From assembly GCA_963771275.1 (NCBI GenBank), contig CAVYSW010000010.1, forward strand, positions 320,001-384,000: a stretch of 64,000 bases of DNA. Reading direction: 5' to 3'. The translations under genes and the position numbers were made by a program. Each line of letters begins with the position of its first letter. Position 1 is the first letter of the stretch. The DNA comes from an uncultured Gemmatimonadales bacterium. Its GTDB lineage: Bacteria; Gemmatimonadota; Gemmatimonadetes; Gemmatimonadales; GWC2-71-9. A model generated the notes under the pieces. The model ran no database searches and was not told where the DNA came from. It saw only the letters and a list, made by a program, of their open reading frames with translations. Positions 58,878-64,000 of this stretch are shown here, one piece after another.

Positions 58878-59072
58878 GGGAAGGGCATCGGACGGCTGCT
58901 CATCCAGCAAGCCACGGCGCACGCCAGGTCATGGCCGAGTGACGCGCTGCGCCTCGATGCCTATGATGGCGCGGCGGGCGCCGGGGCGTTCTACGCACGG
59001 TGCGGCTTCCGTGAGGTGGGCCGGGTCGCATACCGCAAGGCGCCGCTCGTGTACTTCGAGCTGCTGTTGTGA
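58878..59072 (+). pseudogene. C-terminal remnant of a GNAT acetyltransferase
   Basis: Manual translation GKGIGRLLIQQA..LRLDAY..AGAFYARCGFREVG; no in-frame start seen. Confidence 0.72.
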
Positions 59073-59466
59073 TCTCAGCGTGCGGTGGCCGTGCGGCGTC
59101 ACGCCAGCTTGCAGCCTGTGGTCCGGCTGGCCGACTGGCGAATCGCCGCGGTTGCCGACCGGGTGCTGGGGAGCGGCGGGCTCAGCCAGCTTTCCCAGTC
59201 TCACTCACCAGGCGAGAAGGCGCAGACCCTTCAGCCAGCTCGCCTGCGGGCTGTTTGCCCTGCTCGGGGTGGTAACGACGTGCTGGGGCCGTCGCTGGAG
59301 CTCGGTGATGCTGCCCTGCTGGGCAACGAGCGAGACGTCGGCGGAGGCCGGGCCTCTTTCGTCTGGGGCGGGACGAGTGTGGCTTCTTAGGTGCCGCGAC
59401 GGTGTTCGTCGCCCTGACGATCATCCGGCTGCTGCGCATGGGCGCGCGTGGCCCGACTGGCGAGTG

Positions 59467-59943
59467 ATGCGGGCCCTGGATTCTCCATCCACAAGCCGCA
59501 TCGTCGCCGCGATGGTCTTGCTGATGTCGGCCGGCGGCGCCTGCGCCACGAACGCCTATCAGAGATCGGGAACGCTTTGGCGGGCGGACGTGGGGGTGTA
59601 CGCGACGGCAACGACGTTCCTGACGACGCGTGGCTACACGTCGCTCCGCAAGCCGACGATCGGCCCCGTGGCGGTGCTGGAGCGAATCGAGGATGGGGGA
59701 GTTGACCGACTGTCGGTGTTCGAGCAGTATCGCACCATCGGACAGGGCACGCCAGACGCCCTGGGCGAGCGGCCCAGGTGGGTCACCGTCCGGGTGGCGG
59801 CCGCAACCTACCGGCCGGATGCCACTGGGAAGCTCCGCAAGGTGACCGCGTCGTCGCTGGTGCGGGCGCATGCCGATTCGCTGATGACGCTGCTTACGGG
59901 CCGTGCCGAAGGGGCGCGCGAACCGTCGCCAAGCCGGCATTGA
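59467..59943 (+). CDS. Hypothetical lipoprotein-like protein
   Basis: Hydrophobic segment ending GGAC; no family recognised. Confidence 0.5.
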   Translation: MRALDSPSTSRIVAAMVLLMSAGGACATNAYQRSGTLWRADVGVYATATTFLTTRGYTSLRKPTIGPVAVLERIEDGGVDRLSVFEQYRTIGQGTPDALGERPRWVTVRVAAATYRPDATGKLRKVTASSLVRAHADSLMTLLTGRAEGAREPSPSRH

Positions 59944-59988
59944 GAGGCGTCGGGCGCCGGACGCCGGGATCCCTGCAGGGAGATGCTC

Positions 59989-60396
59989 ATGGCGCGGTGG
60001 CTGTCTTTGTCACTCATCCTCTGGGTTGTCGCGGCTTGCGCGGACGGGATCGTCGCGCCGCACGGTACGTATCATCTGGTGATGCTGAACGATCAGGGGC
60101 TGCCCTATGATGACACGCCGGGCTGCTGCATCTACGTGTCGGGCAGCCTGGATCTCGAGGCGACGCAGTACGACGTGGCGATCACGCTGCGCAACAAGAA
60201 CAACGGCAGCGAGGCCACCGTGAGGGAGCAGGGTTCGTTCGCGGTCGACGGGGCCGCGATCGATTTTCAGCCAACCGGCGGTGATGTGGCGATGCATCTC
60301 TACGGCGCGATGGTCGATGGGAACACCATCAGCCTCGCCTTGGGGGGTGACGGACCGGGCGCGGCGGATCAGTTCAGCGCGGTATTCCAGAAGTAG
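59989..60396 (+). CDS. Hypothetical lipoprotein with a beta-rich, lipocalin-like pattern
   Basis: Lipobox VAAC; GTYHL..N.QGLP start; GGGAG RBS. Confidence 0.72.
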   Translation: MARWLSLSLILWVVAACADGIVAPHGTYHLVMLNDQGLPYDDTPGCCIYVSGSLDLEATQYDVAITLRNKNNGSEATVREQGSFAVDGAAIDFQPTGGDVAMHLYGAMVDGNTISLALGGDGPGAADQFSAVFQK

Positions 60397-60457
60397 GCCG
60401 GCCATGCGCGCGCGCCGCACCGGCGCGCACGCCGACGCGAGGCGCGAGGCTGCCTCC

Positions 60458-61075
60458 ATGATCCTGGGTTCCTATAACACCGCCTGTCTCGTCACCCTGA
60501 CGGGGTTCCTGGCAGCCATCGGTGCCATCGTGCTGTCCTCGGCGGGTGAGATCGAGCTGGCCCTGGTGGGCCTGATCCTCGCCGGCCTCGCGGATCTGTT
60601 CGACGGGGTCGTGGCCCGGAGGCTCGAGCGGAGCGCCTATGAGAAGGAATACGGGGTGCAGCTCGACACGGTGGTGGACGTGGTGGCGTTCGTCGTCACG
60701 CCGTTCGTCATCGCCCTGAACGCCGGTCTGCGATCGCCGGTGGGCCTGCTGGCGATGGCGGTGTTCGTGGTGGGTGGGGCAGTCCGCCTGGCGCACTTCA
60801 ACACGCTGAGCGCCCAGGGCGCCGATCAGTCCAGGCACCACCGCGGCCTCCCGGTCACCTACGCGGCGCTCATCTTCCCCATCCTGTTCCTCCTGCGGGA
60901 CGTCCTGGCGGTGACGGGCTTCCGGATCGTGCTTGGCACGGCGTTCCCGATAGTCGGCGCGCTGTTCGTGATGGACCGCCCGATCAGAAAGCCGCGCGGC
61001 GTGTTCTACAGGCTGTTCCCGGTGGTGGGCGTGCTGCTGATCGCCTACTGGACCTGGCGCGCCTTCGCCGCCTGA
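60458..61075 (+). CDS. CDP-alcohol phosphatidyltransferase (PssA-like)
   Basis: DLFDGVVAR..GVQLDTVVD signature; RLAHFN and GLP. Confidence 0.9.
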   Translation: MILGSYNTACLVTLTGFLAAIGAIVLSSAGEIELALVGLILAGLADLFDGVVARRLERSAYEKEYGVQLDTVVDVVAFVVTPFVIALNAGLRSPVGLLAMAVFVVGGAVRLAHFNTLSAQGADQSRHHRGLPVTYAALIFPILFLLRDVLAVTGFRIVLGTAFPIVGALFVMDRPIRKPRGVFYRLFPVVGVLLIAYWTWRAFAA

Positions 61076-61170
61076 TCGCGCCCCGCCGAGCTCGCAGCGC
61101 GATCAAGTGTCCTCCGTCTGCGCGTTCGCGGCGGTCTCGGAGGTGAAGCCGTGACCGGAGCCGCCCGCGC

Positions 61171-61299
61171 TCACCACCCGAGCAGCCGATCGATCCCCAG
61201 CAGCAGGCTGGGAGCCGCGCAGCAGGCGAAGCCGTTGACGTAGAGACGCCGGGCCGCGGCGAACCACGCGGCGACGACCACCAGCACTCGGCCGACCAT
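61171..61299 (-). CDS. Putative 42-aa hydrophobic peptide
   Basis: GGAGGA RBS then MVGRVLVVVAAWFAAARRLYVNGFACCAAPSLLLGIDRLLGW*. Confidence 0.4.
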   Translation of the reverse strand: MVGRVLVVVAAWFAAARRLYVNGFACCAAPSLLLGIDRLLGW

Positions 61300-61611
61300 C
61301 AGCGGTCCTCCGCGCGTCGCACGCTCTGGGCGCGCCCTCGACGGCTACGCGCGAATGGCGGGCCGTGACACGGCGCTCGGCGCGGTCGGGAGAGTGGGGT
61401 GTTGGTGCTGGTTGCGGATCGGGTCGTCACGGTCGCTCCTAGTAGCGCATCCGTGACCAGGTTGCGGCCGGGGCGTCAAGCGGGCGTCAAGCCCCCAGCC
61501 GACGCTGCTGGCTCAATCAGTGCTGTCGAGCCATGCGGCGCGTGATAGGGAACTCTCAGGCGCCACCCGGTCGATCGACCCGCCTGACGCATTACATCAT
61601 ATGTATGGTTA

Positions 61612-61636
61612 TAAATTATTGTACGACAACAATATA
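61612..61636. promoter_or_regulatory. AT-rich imperfect palindrome, copy B
   Basis: TAAATTATTGTACGACAACAATATA; 17/25 identical to copy A at 21470. Confidence 0.6.
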
Positions 61637-61680
61637 CAGATTACGCTTCAGACGACGGTCGAGCATCGAGTCCCGGAATC

Positions 61681-61716
61681 AGGCGGGGCCGCCGATGCTG
61701 CGCGGCGGCCCCGCCT
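61681..61716 (-). terminator. GC-rich hairpin downstream of the vWA gene
   Basis: Perfect 14-bp stem AGGCGGGGCCGCCG/CGGCGGCCCCGCCT with an 8-nt loop; no U tract. Confidence 0.6.
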
Positions 61717-61738
61717 CCGGCCATGGGAATGGGTGCGC

Positions 61739-62488
61739 TCACAGCACCCGGGAACGCACCCGGAAATCCACGTTGTCCCTCACCCAGACCCACAGGGCAT
61801 CCTGGTCATCGAGCGGACTGCCGGGCGTCAGCTGCTGGCGCCAGCCCTCCATGACCTCGCCGGCCACGGTCCACAGGCGCACCCGGTTGCGGGGCACGCC
61901 CCGCTCCCAGCCCACCGCGACGGTGGGGGTGGGGTAGAGCAGGCGTACCGTCACGCTGCGCGAGATGTACTCCAGCGGGTCGAAGCTCAGCTTCGCGTAC
62001 GGCGCGAGGCTGTCAGGGTGCAGGTTGGGCGCCGGATCCGGTACGCCGTCGCTGAGGACGACGACGTCGAGCGGTGCCAGCACGAGGTTCTGGCGCTTGA
62101 CCAGCGTCGCCACCCGGTCGAAGAACGCGTTGAAGTCGGTGAGGGCGTCTTCCGGCGGGAACCAGTTGCGCAGCTCTTGCGCGATTTCCGCCGCCGACTT
62201 GTTCATGAGGTCGTGGATCGGGTGAAACGCCTTGACCTCGCCAGGCCGCGTCCCACCGACCGACCCCACGAACACGGCGGTCGGCACGCGCAGGCCCCCG
62301 AGGCCGTGCAGGTGCCCGTACAGGTACGCGGCGGCGAACTCCACGGCGTCGTCGTAGTGGGCGCGTCGGAACGAGCCGCTCACGTCGAGCCCGACCACCA
62401 GCGTGTTCTTGGGCGGCGCCGACGATTGGGTCGGCGCGCAGGCGGCCACCGCCAGCGCGGCCGCCGCCAGCAGCGCGCGGCGCGTCAT
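61739..62488 (-). CDS. vWA-domain lipoprotein
   Basis: Lipobox VAAC; MIDAS LDVSGS..TDF..LSDG. Confidence 0.85.
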   Translation of the reverse strand: MTRRALLAAAALAVAACAPTQSSAPPKNTLVVGLDVSGSFRRAHYDDAVEFAAAYLYGHLHGLGGLRVPTAVFVGSVGGTRPGEVKAFHPIHDLMNKSAAEIAQELRNWFPPEDALTDFNAFFDRVATLVKRQNLVLAPLDVVVLSDGVPDPAPNLHPDSLAPYAKLSFDPLEYISRSVTVRLLYPTPTVAVGWERGVPRNRVRLWTVAGEVMEGWRQQLTPGSPLDDQDALWVWVRDNVDFRVRSRVL

Positions 62489-63750
62489 GAGGCCACCCCC
62501 GCCGGGGTCGGCGCGCTCTTCGTCTTGGTGCGGCGCGTCAGGCGGTCACCGTTGCCGAATGCGACGACCTCGAGCACGTCGTCCAGCTCGCGGAACGGCA
62601 GCGCGAACACCGGATCCGCCCGGAAGATCACCACCGAGAAGTTGACTGCGGCGGCGAGCAGCTGGAGAACCGGCAGGCTCAGCAGCTGGAAGAGGTACGT
62701 CCCCTCGCGTTTGAACCAGGCGCTCTCCTCCTGGAAAGCGCGGACGGCGTCCCGGAACACGCTGGTCTCGGCAGCCGGCGGAAGGGGGACGGAGTCCCCG
62801 TTCTGGGTGAGCGTCTCGCGCGACAGGACGGCGAGGAGCGCCGGCGTGCCGTAGCGGCCGAACAAGAACCAGGTCATGCCGCGGATGCCAATCCAGCCGA
62901 ACGCCGCGAGACTCAGGGTCGACGCCAGGCCCAGCCGCAGGTCGCCGCCCGTCTGCTGGGCGATCCACGGCGTGATGGCGTCGATCAGCTCGCGGTACAG
63001 AAACACCACTTCGAAGAACATCACGAACACTTCGACGAACGCCATCTGGACGATCTGGCCGACGTTGCGCTGCTCGATGGCCAGCGCCAGCATCCGCACG
63101 CACGCGAAGCTGCCCGCGATCAGCACGAACAGCAGCACCCACAGCACCGGCGTGACGATGGCGCGATTGGGCTCGAACCCCGTGATGTTCGCCAGCACCT
63201 CGTTCAGCGTGGGCTGCAGCGTGTAGGTGAAGATCACGGCCTCGAGCGCCGACCAGGCGAGGACCAGCAGGAACGCGATCCACGGCATGCCGGGCTTGAA
63301 GTAGTGACGCGACGTCCAGTCCAGCAGCCTGAATGGCGAGTTGAACAGCGTCGTAATCGTGCGGGTGGCGAGCCGCCACGCCAACGTGAGGCCGTTCCAC
63401 ACCCATCCGATCAGCACGACGAGCATGCGCACCTCGCCGGCCCAGAAGAACCAGACGCTGCGCCCCGCGTCCCACCAGGACAGCATGATCGTCGTCGCGA
63501 ACCGTCCGCGGTTGGAGCGGAACGGCACCGTGTACAACGCGGCCATGGTGATCCATACGCCGGTGATCGCGAGCAGCGCGGGGAGCAGCAGGAACACCTG
63601 GCGGAGCACCGTGTCGAGCCCCGCGTTCCCCGTGAGCGACAGCGCGAGCACCTTGCTTTGCCAGGCCGGGATCCACCAGAGGGGAGCCCCGAGGAACTCG
63701 ACCGTGCGACGCCACTCGAGCGGCAGGTACGACTGAATCGTCTCAAACAT
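62485..63750 (-). CDS. Polytopic membrane protein of unknown function
   Basis: MFETIQSYLP start after AAAGGGGG; many TM-like segments; ATGA overlap with the vWA gene. Confidence 0.82.
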   Translation of the reverse strand: MFETIQSYLPLEWRRTVEFLGAPLWWIPAWQSKVLALSLTGNAGLDTVLRQVFLLLPALLAITGVWITMAALYTVPFRSNRGRFATTIMLSWWDAGRSVWFFWAGEVRMLVVLIGWVWNGLTLAWRLATRTITTLFNSPFRLLDWTSRHYFKPGMPWIAFLLVLAWSALEAVIFTYTLQPTLNEVLANITGFEPNRAIVTPVLWVLLFVLIAGSFACVRMLALAIEQRNVGQIVQMAFVEVFVMFFEVVFLYRELIDAITPWIAQQTGGDLRLGLASTLSLAAFGWIGIRGMTWFLFGRYGTPALLAVLSRETLTQNGDSVPLPPAAETSVFRDAVRAFQEESAWFKREGTYLFQLLSLPVLQLLAAAVNFSVVIFRADPVFALPFRELDDVLEVVAFGNGDRLTRRTKTKSAPTPAGVAS

Positions 63751-64000
63751 CGACCCCCCTTTGCCAGGAGCGGACGGAAAGGGCGGGGTCAACCTCGGCC
63801 CGGCCGGGCTGGCCGACCGTGCTGTAGCTCACATTGAGGGGAATGTGGCCGATTGACGACTTTGTGAAAACGGGTGCGCACGGGGGACCACCTCGGCGCA
63901 ACCCGCACGGCCTGACCCAGTGGACTGGCGGGACGGGTGACCGGCACCGCCGATGGCCCAGCGCTCGAGCCGGGCGATCAGATCGCCTGCGCTCAGTCGA

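Noticed and set aside
58822..59466. N-terminal part of the 373-aa ORF 58822-59943
   Set aside because: It crosses the GNAT remnant in another frame and has non-protein-like composition
21470..61636. Reading the AT-rich palindromes as canonical dif sites
   Set aside because: They lack the TTATGTTAAAT XerD arm and the 11-6-11 match; kept only as an unknown site family
61520..62854. 444-aa plus-strand ORF
   Set aside because: Antisense to the vWA/membrane pair and runs through the AT-rich element

Overview
High-GC bacterial chromosomal segment. Gemmatimonadota is the likely source, inferred from the Hanks-kinase/beta-propeller expansion and the gene order. 1-15.8 kb: tandem array of five Ser/Thr kinases plus a truncated kinase remnant, then a two-domain multicopper oxidase, a PP2C phosphatase and a cupin. 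16-21 kb: glyoxylate shunt, with aceBA divergent from aceK. 21-29 kb: serine hydrolase, lytic transglycosylase, an Arg-rich small protein, ftcD, a dihaem cytochrome c, a thioesterase, tRNA-Ser(CGA) and a 2-hydroxyacid dehydrogenase. 29-55.6 kb: pyrRBC, rpsT and a long, mostly overlapping run scpA-scpB-rluB-SDR-like-moxR/bat-mutL-miaA-bshA-uppP-birA-coaX, followed by a GWxTD-like protein and nhaA. 55.6-61.5 kb: accessory tract of short unrelated genes and pseudogenes with degenerate attC-like hairpins. 61.7-63.8 kb: membrane protein plus vWA lipoprotein pair. The most unusual non-coding signals are two related 25-bp AT-rich palindromes about 40 kb apart and a dispersed set of 7-9 bp tandem micro-repeats, some forming hairpins and some lying inside reading frames. 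No CRISPR array, transposase or integrase was seen. All calls come from reading motifs by eye; no database searches were run.
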